DNA of 64,000 bases, taken from NCBI GenBank assembly GCA_963663865.1, contig OY760686.1, forward strand, positions 224,001-288,000, written 5' to 3'. The notes beneath the pieces are model-generated. The model ran no database searches. It saw only the letters and a list, made by a program, of their open reading frames with translations, and was not told the DNA's origin. This document shows positions 49,092-60,078 of this stretch, one piece after another (the first letter of the stretch is position 1; each line of letters begins with the position of its first letter). A program made the translations under genes and the position numbers. The DNA is from Spirochaetota bacterium. Lineage in GTDB: Bacteria; Spirochaetota; UBA4802; UBA5550.

Positions 49092-51146
49092 ATGCAATTC
49101 TTTAGCAGGAAAACCACCCCATCAAAATCCGATACGGAGACAGTAGATATTAACGAAATAGTAGAACCATCAGCGCCCGTTGAATTCATAAAAACAATCG
49201 TACTAACATCTAATTCCATAGGCGATGACGCTTCAGCAGCACTTCTGAATTTCAAAGGCGAGGAACCCGGTCTTGTAATAGGTTACGTCTCACCTTTTAC
49301 GGATATAAAAAAGGCCTCATCACAGGTTACAGGACTTATCCCTCCTGAGACCCCTCTCCTCATGTGCACGACTGCCGGAGAACTATGCTCGGGGGATGAC
49401 CGAAACGGGATATACATAGACGCCGTTGAAGGCCGCAATACCGTTGTGCTTCAAATCTTCAGCCGTTCACTTATCGCTGGAGTTCACATTGAAGCAGTAC
49501 CGCTTTTCTCCGAAGACGTAAGGTCAGGGAAGCCAATCCTGAACGTTCAGGAACGGATAGCTCGAATAGCGGAGCGTCTTGGAAGAATACGTATACCTTT
49601 TAAGATCCGTCATGAAGACACAATTGCTTTCACAATTATTGACGGACTTTCAAACAGCGAAAGTTTTTTCATGGAGGCAGTTTACCAGTCAGGGCTGTTC
49701 CCCTGCCTTTTCACTGGAGGCTCCGCAGGCGGAAAACTTGATTTCAGGAATACATACATATACACTCAGGGTAAAATATTCGAAAACCATGCAGTCGTTG
49801 CTTTTATCAAGCTGAATCCAGGAATGAAATTTGGCATATTTAAATCACAAAACTTTGAAAAAACCGGCAAGAGCTTTATGATTCTGGAATCAGACATGGT
49901 AATGCGCTATGTTAAAACCGTTTTCGACCCGGATACTCAGGAGATTACGGGGATTGTTGATGAGCTCTGCAAATTTTTCAAGTGCAGACCGGTAGAACTT
50001 GAAAAAAAGCTGAACGACTACACCTTCGGTATTGAAATCAACGGGGAGCTTTACGTCCGCTCCGTTTCGGGGATAGATATTACGAATAACCGTATAAACT
50101 TCTACTGCGACATTTCAAAGGGCGATGAGCTGCTTCTCATTAAAAAAACCGGTTTCACTGATTCGACACTGAGCGGCGTCAACAGCTACCTGAAGTCCAA
50201 AGAAGATTACGCTGTTCCGGTGGGAGCAATCCTGAACGACTGTATTCTCAGAAGGCTTAATAACCTCAACGAAATTAAAACCCTAAACTACTGCAGTTCA
50301 ATACCGGCTGCCGGATTTTCAACATTCGGCGAACTTCTCGGCGTCAACATTAACCAGACTCTGACCGGAGTATTCTTTTTCAAAGAAACGGTACCAGGTA
50401 AATTTTACGACTATTATGTTGATAATTTCGTCCATCACTATTCCGCTTTTAAGGACTACTATAACAGCAGGCGCATAAATCAGATGACGCAGATCAATAA
50501 TCTGAGAAACAAAATGTTTCACGTAGTTGAGAACAGAATGTCTGTTGTTCAGGATACTATGAATAACTTCAGAAGGATTATCGGTTTTTCCCAACAGGTC
50601 AATACCGACCTGCTTAAGGTAAACGACCGATTCAGCGAGTTTATGAACAGAATATCTTCAAGCGCCGGCATGTTCGCTTCACTGAACGAGAATGCAGAGA
50701 AAATGGAAAAATCTGCCGAGGAAATCAAGGCCATTCTTGACGGCATTGACGAACTTGCAGACCAGACAAACATGCTGGCCCTGAACGCGGCGATTGAAGC
50801 CGCGAGAGCCGGAGACCATGGCCGGGGATTCGCTGTAGTCGCAAACGAGGTAAAAAAACTGGCAGACGGCACACAAAACCAGCTTAAGGAGAGCATACAT
50901 ATTGCCGGAGGAATAACCGGACAAATCGGCTCTCTATCTCATAAAATTTCTGATTTAAGAAAAGAGATGAATTCTGTCATCAACGGATCCGGCGAGATTG
51001 ACAGAGCAATAGGTTCAGTTGTGGCCAGCTCTCTTAATGTTCAATCAGACTCGGCCCTCATAGAAAGATTCCTTGACAGTATCCTCAGCCTTATCAGCGA
51101 AATGGAACACATGAAAAGACTTGAGTCAGAGCTTGGGGGTTCTTAA
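49092..51146 (+). CDS. Soluble chemoreceptor: FIST (N+C) domain fused to an MCP signalling domain
   Basis: TTAGELC, DGLS.SE, GGSAG, NDCILRR, GFSTFGE (FIST); [26 protein letters not shown]; no TM segment. Confidence 0.88.
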   Translation: MQFFSRKTTPSKSDTETVDINEIVEPSAPVEFIKTIVLTSNSIGDDASAALLNFKGEEPGLVIGYVSPFTDIKKASSQVTGLIPPETPLLMCTTAGELCSGDDRNGIYIDAVEGRNTVVLQIFSRSLIAGVHIEAVPLFSEDVRSGKPILNVQERIARIAERLGRIRIPFKIRHEDTIAFTIIDGLSNSESFFMEAVYQSGLFPCLFTGGSAGGKLDFRNTYIYTQGKIFENHAVVAFIKLNPGMKFGIFKSQNFEKTGKSFMILESDMVMRYVKTVFDPDTQEITGIVDELCKFFKCRPVELEKKLNDYTFGIEINGELYVRSVSGIDITNNRINFYCDISKGDELLLIKKTGFTDSTLSGVNSYLKSKEDYAVPVGAILNDCILRRLNNLNEIKTLNYCSSIPAAGFSTFGELLGVNINQTLTGVFFFKETVPGKFYDYYVDNFVHHYSAFKDYYNSRRINQMTQINNLRNKMFHVVENRMSVVQDTMNNFRRIIGFSQQVNTDLLKVNDRFSEFMNRISSSAGMFASLNENAEKMEKSAEEIKAILDGIDELADQTNMLALNAAIEAARAGDHGRGFAVVANEVKKLADGTQNQLKESIHIAGGITGQIGSLSHKISDLRKEMNSVINGSGEIDRAIGSVVASSLNVQSDSALIERFLDSILSLISEMEHMKRLESELGGS

Positions 51147-51261
51147 AGAGACTTTTATTGGGAAGAAGACAAATGAGTTTTTGTCTGGACATGAACTAAA
51201 CTCATCTGTTGTCAGCTTGATCTGTTCTAAGCCGCATCAACACTACATCTGGGGCAACGAA

Positions 51262-52155
51262 ATGAAACTGATAGGTGAAATAAGAAAGCGGAATCTGTCT
51301 TTGAGCTTTATTCTTATTATTTCGATCATTTTTCTAATTGGCGTCTATACAATCCACGGTTTATCTGATTTAAGCAGTTATACAAGGACCATTTACAACC
51401 ACCCTCTTGTTGTTTCAAACGGTTCGTTAAAAGCCGCACTTAACATTACTAAAATGCACCGAAACATGAAAGACGTTGTCCTCTCCAATACCGTGAAAGA
51501 GATGAATACTGCGATTGAACTTGTTACGGAGAACGAGATCAAAGTCTACACCCAGCTTGACCTTATTAAGGAAAACATACTTGGAATTGAAGGACAAAAA
51601 CTCCAGGCTGAAACAAGAAATCTTTTTATCAGCTGGAAACCTATAAGGGAGGAGGTCATCAAGCTTTATACAAAAGGCAGGAAAGCTGAAGCAATTAGCA
51701 TAACAAAAGAGAATGGGGCAAGACATGTAAATACACTGGAAGCAAAAATGCTTGAATTGATGAATTACGCAAGAACAAAAGCCACTTCTTTTCTTAAAGA
51801 AGCTGAACAAAAGGAATTATTTCTTGAACATACAATTATTATTCTTATAGCAATAAGTCTCCTGCTTTCCATTTTAGTTGCTGTTATTACAACCAGCAAA
51901 GTTAAAAAATCAGAGAGAACCCTTCAGCAGGAAAAGGAAAAGCTTCAGGAAGCGCTGAGTGAGATTAAAACACTGCAGGGTATTATCCCCATATGCTCCT
52001 ATTGCAAGCAGATAAGAGACGATGAAGGTCTCTGGAATGCTCTGGAAGAATATATTCGCCAGCGTTCAGAAGCTGTATTCTCACACAGTATATGCCCTGA
52101 CTGCCTTAGAAAGCATTTTCCTGAGCTTGCAGAAAAGAAAAAAACAAAGCCCTAA
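51262..52155 (+). CDS. Membrane sensor with four-helix-bundle domain and Cys-rich cytoplasmic domain
   Basis: Two TMs flanking IYNHPLVVS...MHRNMKDVVL; C-terminal IIPICSYCKQIRDDEG.W..LE.YI...FSHSICPDC. Confidence 0.75.
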   Translation: MKLIGEIRKRNLSLSFILIISIIFLIGVYTIHGLSDLSSYTRTIYNHPLVVSNGSLKAALNITKMHRNMKDVVLSNTVKEMNTAIELVTENEIKVYTQLDLIKENILGIEGQKLQAETRNLFISWKPIREEVIKLYTKGRKAEAISITKENGARHVNTLEAKMLELMNYARTKATSFLKEAEQKELFLEHTIIILIAISLLLSILVAVITTSKVKKSERTLQQEKEKLQEALSEIKTLQGIIPICSYCKQIRDDEGLWNALEEYIRQRSEAVFSHSICPDCLRKHFPELAEKKKTKP

Positions 52156-52359
52156 AATTTATACAACCCGCTCAAAAAAACGTCCTGTTTTTCAAAATCA
52201 GGACGCCCCAACAGAGTCTTTTCAATATCATAGTAACAGTACTTCAATCTGCAGACAATATGTCTGAGAAGGAAGTCTGGTTTTGTTTTTTGCCATTTTC
52301 AGATTGATGCTATTATGTATTTTTACATCCAAAATTATAACACTGGAGACACCAAACCA

Positions 52360-55173
52360 ATGAGTAAAATTCTGTCCTTATTTTTCCTTATCATACTTTT
52401 TTTAGGAAGCGGATGCGGAAGCGCATCAGATTCCGGTTCAATTTTTGATCCCGATTCTGAAGAAACATTAGATCCGTCTGACCCGGTACAGGAAGAAGAG
52501 GATGAGTCTGATGACCGAGAAAATATTGTCCGTGAAAATGACGAATCGGGTCTTCCGCAATGGGAAGTGGAAGGCCTTTTTCCGGCAAAAGACTATAGTT
52601 CAACCAGGTACAGTTCTCAAATGCTTAAAAAATCGTCAATACATTCAGGAACTAAAGCCCTTATAGCCGATGCAGAGAGCAACGATAATCCCCTTGGGAG
52701 CACGGAATACCTCATGAAACGGTCGGAATTTTTTATTTCCGGTGTTGAGCTCAAGGAGCAGGATACTGATACAGCCTACATTTCTGAGACAAGGGCCAAG
52801 AACTGGATGTCTGCTGTTTTTCAGGACAAAAGTGCAGATTCCGGTAAATTCTATATTTCAGACAGATACAACGGCGAAGGCAGCGGATGGGACTGCCCGA
52901 AAAAGTCTGTTGGAGCTGACGTAGACGGAGACGGCCGTGAAGAGATTATCATGGCCCTCTTTGACGGAGATCGACGAAAGTTGAGAATGATAAACAGCAA
53001 TGATGAAGATAAAACTGTCTCCTCACATGAGGTCTTGAATATCGCTGCCTACACCGACTGGGAACCGGACAATAAGCTTGTGTACAACGATTCCGACGGC
53101 GAATTCCAGAGAGCGTACATGGCAACAGATATCGCGGCGGGAGATATTGATGATGACGGCAGAGATGAAATAATTTTCTGCTCCGGAAGAGAGCTGTATA
53201 TCCGTAATGACTCGAAAAGAGACTTTAGCAAGATATACGGTAAGAAATTTGACATCTTCGATGACAATGACAGAAGTTACTATTACATGCGTCTCGCTAC
53301 TGCCGACTTCAATCTGGACGGTCATGATGAACTCGTTGTGGTCGTCGGCAACGATAAGCCCAACACTGCAGAGTATTATATCTATGACTTCTCAAAATCA
53401 TCTTCAAACCCTTCTGTGATGAAACACGCTAAAGTCTCAATGTCCTATAATGGAGATACGTATAGCCTGAGAGCGGCAGACATTGCCACAGGAGATTTTG
53501 ACCGTGATGGTTTACCTGAAATAGCCTTTGGGGGCCGCTACAGCGGATCAACACTGCCTGACAATTCAGACTATAAATCTACAGAAAGATGGTTTTTTAT
53601 AGTTCTGAATACTGAGATTGACAATGATGGTGAACCTGAATTCAAATTTTATAGCGCACTGGCTCAAAGCAGTTCCTATGACAGCACAAAAGACAGGACA
53701 AACATTATACCGCCGCTGAATTCAGGCGACATTGACGGCGATGGATATCCGGAAATAGTGGCCGGCAAGCAGATTCTCTACCTTTCAGGAATAACTGCCG
53801 CAGAAAACACTGCCGCTCTTTCCCGGATGTGGTCAGGCGGCAGCCCCAACAGCAATACCCCCAGCACGAATGATGTTATCGTTGATGAAGGAGACGGCAA
53901 AATGGCACTGTACGACATTGTTGCCGTGGGTGACTATACTAAAGACGGCAAGGATGATATCGCCTTTGTAACAAGAGATGAAAAATATATTAACATTCTG
54001 TCCGATAAAAACGGCAAAAGGTCAGCCAGAAGGATTGAACTTAACAGAGCCTACGATGTTGAGGATAATGACACGAGAGACTATTTCCCTGTCATCTCGG
54101 CTGTAGATTTCGACGAAGACAGTCTCAGAGTTAGATATATTCAGCATGAAGTTATTTATTCCAAAGTCGACGTTGTTGCCGTTCTCGATTCACCGCCTTA
54201 CTGGGAAGGCTTTAACGGACCAGACGAGGGTTATGAAGGCGGAACAACCTACGAAGACAGCCACTCAGAAACAGAAGAGATATCCAGGATACATTCAATC
54301 TCGGTCGGAGCCACCGTCGGTTTTAAAGTGGGAGAAGAGGATGTAGCCGATGTTGAAACAAAGATTACCGCAACACACTGCTGGTCATGGGGCTGGTCAA
54401 AGACTACAGAGCTTACAAATGCCTGGGGATTTACAGCAAACCTCGGGGAAGCAAAAGTCTACATGATCCGTGTTCCTTACGATGTATACTACTACGAAAT
54501 ACTGATGTCCAATAACCAAAACGAGATCGGCGATGTTGTTACAATAAGGGTCCCCAGAACAATTGAAAATGCCTTTGTTTCTCTTGATTATTATAATCAA
54601 AGTGTCGAAAATTATAATTCATCTATAACAACTTACAACACCCTGAATAATTCCTTCTATTCGACATTATCCAGGATAGAGATTGGACACGAGTTTGGGG
54701 ATCCTGCAAGCTATTCCTCTTCTTCAGATTTGACCCTGCTTAAAAATAACTGCAATAGCGAGGCCGACGACGCCGGCTACGACCCGGTGTTCCTCTATTC
54801 AACCGCCCAGAACACTGTAGGAAGAGGAGACGGCACGAGTTATCAGTCAATGTCAACCTCATCATCAGAGTTTGACATTCAGGCGAGCACGTGGACAGGA
54901 TCACTTGCTGTTGAAGCTGAAATTGGGTGGGCTATATTGGGATTTGAGGTTTCTTATTCGAATGAATACACGGTTTCGACCGGTTTTACTGACAGTACCA
55001 CAGTCACGGGGGAAGTTCCGGACATCCCAAACAGTTTAGCTCCGTCATACGAATACAACTGGGGCCTCATGATGTATACAAAAGGTGTCGATCGGAGTAT
55101 CCTTTTAAATGATACTACAATAACCGGAAAAGATTCCTACCTGTATGTGACCTACTGGACAGATACAGAGTAA
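52360..55173 (+). CDS. Large FG-GAP/VCBS-repeat lipoprotein
   Basis: Lipobox-like GSGC; about six (G/A)DxDxDGxxE repeats; Ser/Thr-rich beta C-terminus. Confidence 0.8.
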   Translation: MSKILSLFFLIILFLGSGCGSASDSGSIFDPDSEETLDPSDPVQEEEDESDDRENIVRENDESGLPQWEVEGLFPAKDYSSTRYSSQMLKKSSIHSGTKALIADAESNDNPLGSTEYLMKRSEFFISGVELKEQDTDTAYISETRAKNWMSAVFQDKSADSGKFYISDRYNGEGSGWDCPKKSVGADVDGDGREEIIMALFDGDRRKLRMINSNDEDKTVSSHEVLNIAAYTDWEPDNKLVYNDSDGEFQRAYMATDIAAGDIDDDGRDEIIFCSGRELYIRNDSKRDFSKIYGKKFDIFDDNDRSYYYMRLATADFNLDGHDELVVVVGNDKPNTAEYYIYDFSKSSSNPSVMKHAKVSMSYNGDTYSLRAADIATGDFDRDGLPEIAFGGRYSGSTLPDNSDYKSTERWFFIVLNTEIDNDGEPEFKFYSALAQSSSYDSTKDRTNIIPPLNSGDIDGDGYPEIVAGKQILYLSGITAAENTAALSRMWSGGSPNSNTPSTNDVIVDEGDGKMALYDIVAVGDYTKDGKDDIAFVTRDEKYINILSDKNGKRSARRIELNRAYDVEDNDTRDYFPVISAVDFDEDSLRVRYIQHEVIYSKVDVVAVLDSPPYWEGFNGPDEGYEGGTTYEDSHSETEEISRIHSISVGATVGFKVGEEDVADVETKITATHCWSWGWSKTTELTNAWGFTANLGEAKVYMIRVPYDVYYYEILMSNNQNEIGDVVTIRVPRTIENAFVSLDYYNQSVENYNSSITTYNTLNNSFYSTLSRIEIGHEFGDPASYSSSSDLTLLKNNCNSEADDAGYDPVFLYSTAQNTVGRGDGTSYQSMSTSSSEFDIQASTWTGSLAVEAEIGWAILGFEVSYSNEYTVSTGFTDSTTVTGEVPDIPNSLAPSYEYNWGLMMYTKGVDRSILLNDTTITGKDSYLYVTYWTDTE

Positions 55174-55180
55174 TTTCCAC

Positions 55181-55210
55181 GGAGGATTCCGCATAAGACC
55201 GGAATCCTCC
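55181..55210 (+). terminator. Hairpin after the FG-GAP gene
   Basis: GGAGGATTCCG-8 nt-CGGAATCCTCC perfect 11-bp stem; weak U tract. Confidence 0.55.
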
Positions 55211-55374
55211 TCCATCTATACGTAAATAATCCCACATTATTTTCCAGCGATCAGGCTTAAGTACTCCGTGTGTCTCTTTACATTCAAAAATTGCTAAAAT
55301 ATTTCTTGACCTTTTCGGTTAAAGCTCTGGTTTATTATCAATAAAAATTAATATATTTGGTATTTGAATAAATA

Positions 55375-56490
55375 GTGGACGAGATAATTGGCTATACCCT
55401 GTTTGCCCTGGGAGTAATTCTGTTACTCAGCTCCGTTCTTCAGCTGACGACAAGGAATAAAACCCGCATAAATTACCAGATGTCCTTTATGTTCATCCTT
55501 TTTTCATACTTCCTATTCTACGACTGGCTATCTCATATAAATATTCTCGAAAAGTTCCCGAAGCTTATGTATAGCGACATACCTGTTTCCTTAATACTCG
55601 GCCCGGCTATTTATCTTTTTACCAGAAACATAACCGGAGGGGAGCCTTCAGCGAGGGGGAAACTGATACTATTATTCACACCCGGGGTTCTGGTAAGTTT
55701 TTGTCTGCTGCTGTTTAATCCGGGCGGAGATATCCTCAAGGCGGGCTCACTGTTCCCGAATGGGCACAGAACCCATTTAATTATTTTTGTAGTCAGTATG
55801 ATTTCTGACATACAGTTGTTCCTGTATATCCTGGCTTCTACGCTCTCCACCAGGAAAGCAATTACCCTTAAAACACCTGACTATACAGGACTTAAAAGGC
55901 TAATAATCTTTTATTATATTTTACTGAGCAGTTTCCTGCTCTTCTTTTCTGCCTATATCATATATGATGAACGTTTAATCGGCATTGGTCTCATCATAGA
56001 TGGAATAAATGCGGTTTATCTTTTCCTGCTGACCTACCGTTATCCCGAACTCACAAAAGAATCAAGTAAAACTCCGAGGCAAAAGAACCGAAGCCAGATA
56101 AGCGGATCAGTGGAAGTAGCAGAAATTATCGAAAAGCTTAACTACCTGATGGCTACGGAAAAAATATACAGACATCAAGATCTTACCTCGCAGGCCCTCA
56201 GCAATTCGCTTGGGATAAAAAACCACCAGCTCTCAATAATCCTTAACAATTACATGAATACAACTTTCAGAGGGCTTGTAAATTCCCATCGCCTTGACGA
56301 GGCAAAAACCCTTCTGCTTGAGGACCGGACAAAATCAATACTTGAAATCGGATACTGTGTCGGTTTTAATTCCAAATCGGCCTTTAATCACTGCTTTCAG
56401 AAAGAAGCAGGGATGTCGCCGAAGGAATACAGGAACGGAGGAACAAAAACAGTTCCGCCCCTTAATTGCAAGTCAGACGGAACTGAATAA
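55375..56490 (+). CDS. AraC-family regulator with N-terminal membrane domain
   Basis: About seven TM helices, then HQLS..LN....F...VN..RL.EAK..L and I...VGFNSKSAFN.CF.K..GMSP.EYR. Confidence 0.88.
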   Translation: MDEIIGYTLFALGVILLLSSVLQLTTRNKTRINYQMSFMFILFSYFLFYDWLSHINILEKFPKLMYSDIPVSLILGPAIYLFTRNITGGEPSARGKLILLFTPGVLVSFCLLLFNPGGDILKAGSLFPNGHRTHLIIFVVSMISDIQLFLYILASTLSTRKAITLKTPDYTGLKRLIIFYYILLSSFLLFFSAYIIYDERLIGIGLIIDGINAVYLFLLTYRYPELTKESSKTPRQKNRSQISGSVEVAEIIEKLNYLMATEKIYRHQDLTSQALSNSLGIKNHQLSIILNNYMNTTFRGLVNSHRLDEAKTLLLEDRTKSILEIGYCVGFNSKSAFNHCFQKEAGMSPKEYRNGGTKTVPPLNCKSDGTE

Positions 56491-56493
56491 TCT

Positions 56494-57171
56494 CTAATTG
56501 TTCTTTTGAGGCATCAGGCTGTACAGCAATTGCGCGAAACCCTTCAGGTCGCGTGTCTGCAGCCAGACCTTTCCCGGCCCCGAAAACTCGCAGACTAGCC
56601 CCTCACCGGATGCAAGTGATGAGAATATACCCTTCGAAGCTTTTTTGATTTTGTAGGTGACGGATTCTTCAAAAGCTACCATGTTTCCGGTATCAACAAT
56701 ATAAGATTCACCGGCCGCAAGTTCCTTAAGAATAATTGCTCCGTACGAATTAAGAAAAACCTTTCCTGTTCCCGACAATTTCTGGAGAAACAGCCCTTCA
56801 CCTGAAATCATTGCTTTTAGCGATCCCTGTGTTGAAAGCGTTACGCTCCCCTCCCCTGCCAGAAAAGCCCCGCTCTGGGCAAACACCGTGTTACCGGAAA
56901 GATTAAGGTCGATAATATCTCCCGGCGATGAAGGGGCAAGTACTACCTCACCAGGGCCATTCGAAGCGGTGTACTCTGACATGAACAGACCTTCACCGCC
57001 AATGGCAGCTTTGAAAATACCGCCGATCCCTTTCCCCGCAGTTTTTGCCTTCAATTCAATGTTGGGAGACATTGAAATCATTGCTCCGCCTTCAGCCTTA
57101 ATCGTCTCCCCGTTATCCAGCTTCACCCTGAGCGACGTAAATACCGGCTGGTTTTCAATTTTAAAATCCAT
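56494..57171 (-). CDS. AIM24/TIGR00266 family protein
   Basis: AEGGAM, GGEGLF, APSSPGDI, SGEGLFL, VDTGNMVAF, GPGKVWLQTR. Confidence 0.88.
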   Translation of the reverse strand: MDFKIENQPVFTSLRVKLDNGETIKAEGGAMISMSPNIELKAKTAGKGIGGIFKAAIGGEGLFMSEYTASNGPGEVVLAPSSPGDIIDLNLSGNTVFAQSGAFLAGEGSVTLSTQGSLKAMISGEGLFLQKLSGTGKVFLNSYGAIILKELAAGESYIVDTGNMVAFEESVTYKIKKASKGIFSSLASGEGLVCEFSGPGKVWLQTRDLKGFAQLLYSLMPQKNN

Positions 57172-57332
57172 GTTCACCTCCTGAATAATTCAACAGAACC
57201 AATCTGGTCCTTATACATAGAAGTTAAGATAGCTCCATATCTTATATCAAGCAATAAACTGGGAAAGTCGGTATGTCAGAGCCGGTCAATATCAAATGCG
57301 TTGGAGTATCACAGTCTTTAGAAAACCCTGTC

Positions 57333-57372
57333 AAAAAAAAAAGGGACTGCCCTTTGGACAGCCCCCTTTTTC
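57333..57372. terminator. Bidirectional intrinsic terminator
   Basis: A10-GGGACTGCC-cttt-GGACAGCCCCC-T6 imperfect stem with A and T tails. Confidence 0.7.
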
Positions 57373-57430
57373 AAATCAATCTGAAAGCAATATTCTGTTT
57401 TTTATGCTCAGATTTAAATTAATTACAATA

Positions 57431-57721
57431 TCAATAAAGCTCAGAACCGAAATCTTCGGTGTCACCGCCCCCCGAGGAATCGTCCCCATTATCACCCTCA
57501 TCACTGCCTTCTGAACCGCCGTCATCCGGCATTTCATCACCTGATCCTTCATCTCCGGACATGTCGTCTCCAGAGTCGCCATTATCAGTTTCCTCTTCAC
57601 CTGATGTCAGGATGATTGATAAATCCATCTGATTCGAAAGACCTTCCGCGCTGCTGCTGATACTCATAAAAGGCATAATGCTGAGTAAACTTACACCGAT
57701 AAAATACAAGCATCTTCTCAT
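57431..57721 (-). CDS. Small exported acidic low-complexity protein
   Basis: Signal-like N-terminus, G/D/E/S-rich tail, AAGGAG RBS. Confidence 0.65.
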   Translation of the reverse strand: MRRCLYFIGVSLLSIMPFMSISSSAEGLSNQMDLSIILTSGEEETDNGDSGDDMSGDEGSGDEMPDDGGSEGSDEGDNGDDSSGGGDTEDFGSELY

Positions 57722-58106
57722 TGTTTGTTCTCCTTTTCCATTGTGGAAATAAAATTATGTGTGATAAAGCTTTAAAACAATCGTCTCTTTAGGCCTTCCT
57801 CCCGGTTATTAACTCAGATTTAAGTGTATTTCAATTTACACCTGAAAACATCAGCCTTAACGCAATGACGTCGATTCGGAATCGAATTAGTCGATAAGGT
57901 TACATAAAAGTAAATACTAAAATCATGAGCTAAGAATATTTTTTCATTTTTCATTGCTCCGGGCCCTTCATTTCTTTTTTCTGAAGCAGTCTCTATTATT
58001 AAACCGCAAAAAAACAGCAATCCGGCTGAATCCGGCAAAACTTCTTGAAAGCTCGCTTTTTTTATGTAATAATATATGTTGAACATACATGAGGAGGATA
58101 ACAGCC

Positions 58107-58586
58107 ATGAATATACCCCTTCATCAGGATTACATTGACTTCATCTCCCTGCTAAACAGACACAGATGCTCGTACGCCATTATCGGCTCCTATGCCATGG
58201 CCCTATACGGATATCAGAGGATGAGCGGCAACTTCGACATACTCGTTGAACAGAACGAAAAGAATATCAGTTCCGTCTTCAAAGCCCTCCAGGAATTCGG
58301 CGCCCCTCTGCGCGGACTCACCCCCGAAGAGATGATGGAACCTGGCTTTATTTTTCAAATAGGCGTAGCGCCCGTAAGAATCGACATGTACACATCAATC
58401 GACGGAGTAGAAACCACAGACGCCCTCGCAGAGGCTGTCAGAGAAAAAATTGCTGGCCGGCAAATGCCCTTTCTGTCTCTCCAGAACATAATCAAGAGCA
58501 AGAGCTCAACAGGCCGCCCTCGCGACCTTGAAGATGTTAGAGAACTCAACCGTATAATGCAGGAGGACGTGGAGCAGCAGGCCTGA
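58107..58586 (+). CDS. Nucleotidyltransferase-fold protein
   Basis: IIGSYAMALYG..R....FDI, RID, K...GRPRDLED; GAGGAGG RBS. Confidence 0.75.
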   Translation: MNIPLHQDYIDFISLLNRHRCSYAIIGSYAMALYGYQRMSGNFDILVEQNEKNISSVFKALQEFGAPLRGLTPEEMMEPGFIFQIGVAPVRIDMYTSIDGVETTDALAEAVREKIAGRQMPFLSLQNIIKSKSSTGRPRDLEDVRELNRIMQEDVEQQA

Positions 58587-58715
58587 AAATAAATTCTTTA
58601 CAAAAAAGCACCTCAAGACCTCAATCACAGAGGCTTGCCCGTGTTAGAATGCGGATATACCTTCACGTATAACAAAGCCGGTCAAGCCTGGAAATCCCCC
58701 GCGAAATGAGGTGCT

Positions 58716-59879
58716 ATGTTTTTTATCGATAAACCCTACATATCTGAGCTTTTCAAAGAAACGCTTCGCATAAACAAACTTCCTGTTGCCGGAACCGGCC
58801 AGGCTCTGTCAATGCTTAATGACGAGGGCTACAATATTATAGATGAAGCTCGGGCCGTGAATTGGTTAACATCCAATCCCGCGACCCCCATATACCTTAC
58901 ATCCGAAAACGCCCTTGAATGGATTTCCGGCAACCTGGGTTCAACCACGTATCCATCACACATAAAATACTTTAAGGACAAGTCAGAGTTCAGAGAGCTA
59001 ACCTCTTCAATTTTTCCCGGTTTCTTTTTCAGAAGGGTTTCCCTCAATCGGCTTGAGGATATTGACCTTTCGGAGATACCCTTCCCGTGCGTGATAAAGC
59101 CGGCTGTCGGGTTTTTCAGTATCGGAGTGCGGACTGTTCTGTCCGAAGCGGAATGGCAAAAAGCTGTTGAAGAGATATCCTCCGCCATATCTCAAAACCA
59201 CAACTACCCGCCTGAGGTTTGCGACACAGACACATTCATCATTGAAGAATATATTGAGGGAGAAGAGTTCGCAGTCGACGCCTACTTCGACAGTGGCGGC
59301 GAGCCTGTTATTCTCGGTATATACCGCCATGTTTTTTCATCAAAGTCGGATGTAAGCGACAGGGTCTACGTTACATCCAGAGATATCATCCTTCAGAACC
59401 TCGAACAGTTCACCTCCCTTTTGCGGGAGATAGGAAAGCTTTCCGGACTGAAACAGTTCCCGATGCACCTTGAACTCAGAAGGAAGGATGACAGAATCAC
59501 TCCAATAGAAATCAATCCGATGCGTTTCGGAGGATGGTGCACAACCGCCGACATGACGCTAACAGCGTTTGGTGTAAATCCGTACATGGAATACTATAAT
59601 CAGACGGCGCCCGACTGGAGCAGCGTACTTTCAGAGGCGCCGGAAGACTCGTTCTGTATTGTTGTTCTGGACAACTCAACCGGCATTGACAGCCAGAGCA
59701 TCACAGGCTTCGACTACGACAGGCTTCAGTCACATTTTGCAAGTCCCCTTGAGCTGCGCAGGATCGACCACAGAGAGCACAATATATTCGGCTTCTTGTT
59801 CGTCCAAACTGAGTCAGAGCATTCAGAAGAGATTCAGGGAATTTTGAAGTCCGACCTGAGAGATTACATCGAAACATGA
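58716..59879 (+). CDS. ATP-grasp domain protein
   Basis: KDK..FR, VIKPAVGFFSIGV, IIEEYIEGEEFAVD, H.E.R, IEINPMRFGG. Confidence 0.85.
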   Translation: MFFIDKPYISELFKETLRINKLPVAGTGQALSMLNDEGYNIIDEARAVNWLTSNPATPIYLTSENALEWISGNLGSTTYPSHIKYFKDKSEFRELTSSIFPGFFFRRVSLNRLEDIDLSEIPFPCVIKPAVGFFSIGVRTVLSEAEWQKAVEEISSAISQNHNYPPEVCDTDTFIIEEYIEGEEFAVDAYFDSGGEPVILGIYRHVFSSKSDVSDRVYVTSRDIILQNLEQFTSLLREIGKLSGLKQFPMHLELRRKDDRITPIEINPMRFGGWCTTADMTLTAFGVNPYMEYYNQTAPDWSSVLSEAPEDSFCIVVLDNSTGIDSQSITGFDYDRLQSHFASPLELRRIDHREHNIFGFLFVQTESEHSEEIQGILKSDLRDYIET

Positions 59880-60078
59880 GTAAACCCTATCTGTTTGAAT
59901 ACCGCACTTTTTGAAGATAAGTCACATGTTTTAGTAATCTGCATTACGAATTGTACTGTTCCACAGATCAGAATATGTAATGAATATTTCCTTAAAAGTT
60001 TGTTGTTTTTCACTGAGAATTTACTCATAGTATTTATAAATCCCTGATTCATCGGGGCAATAATGGAGGTATCCTGAA

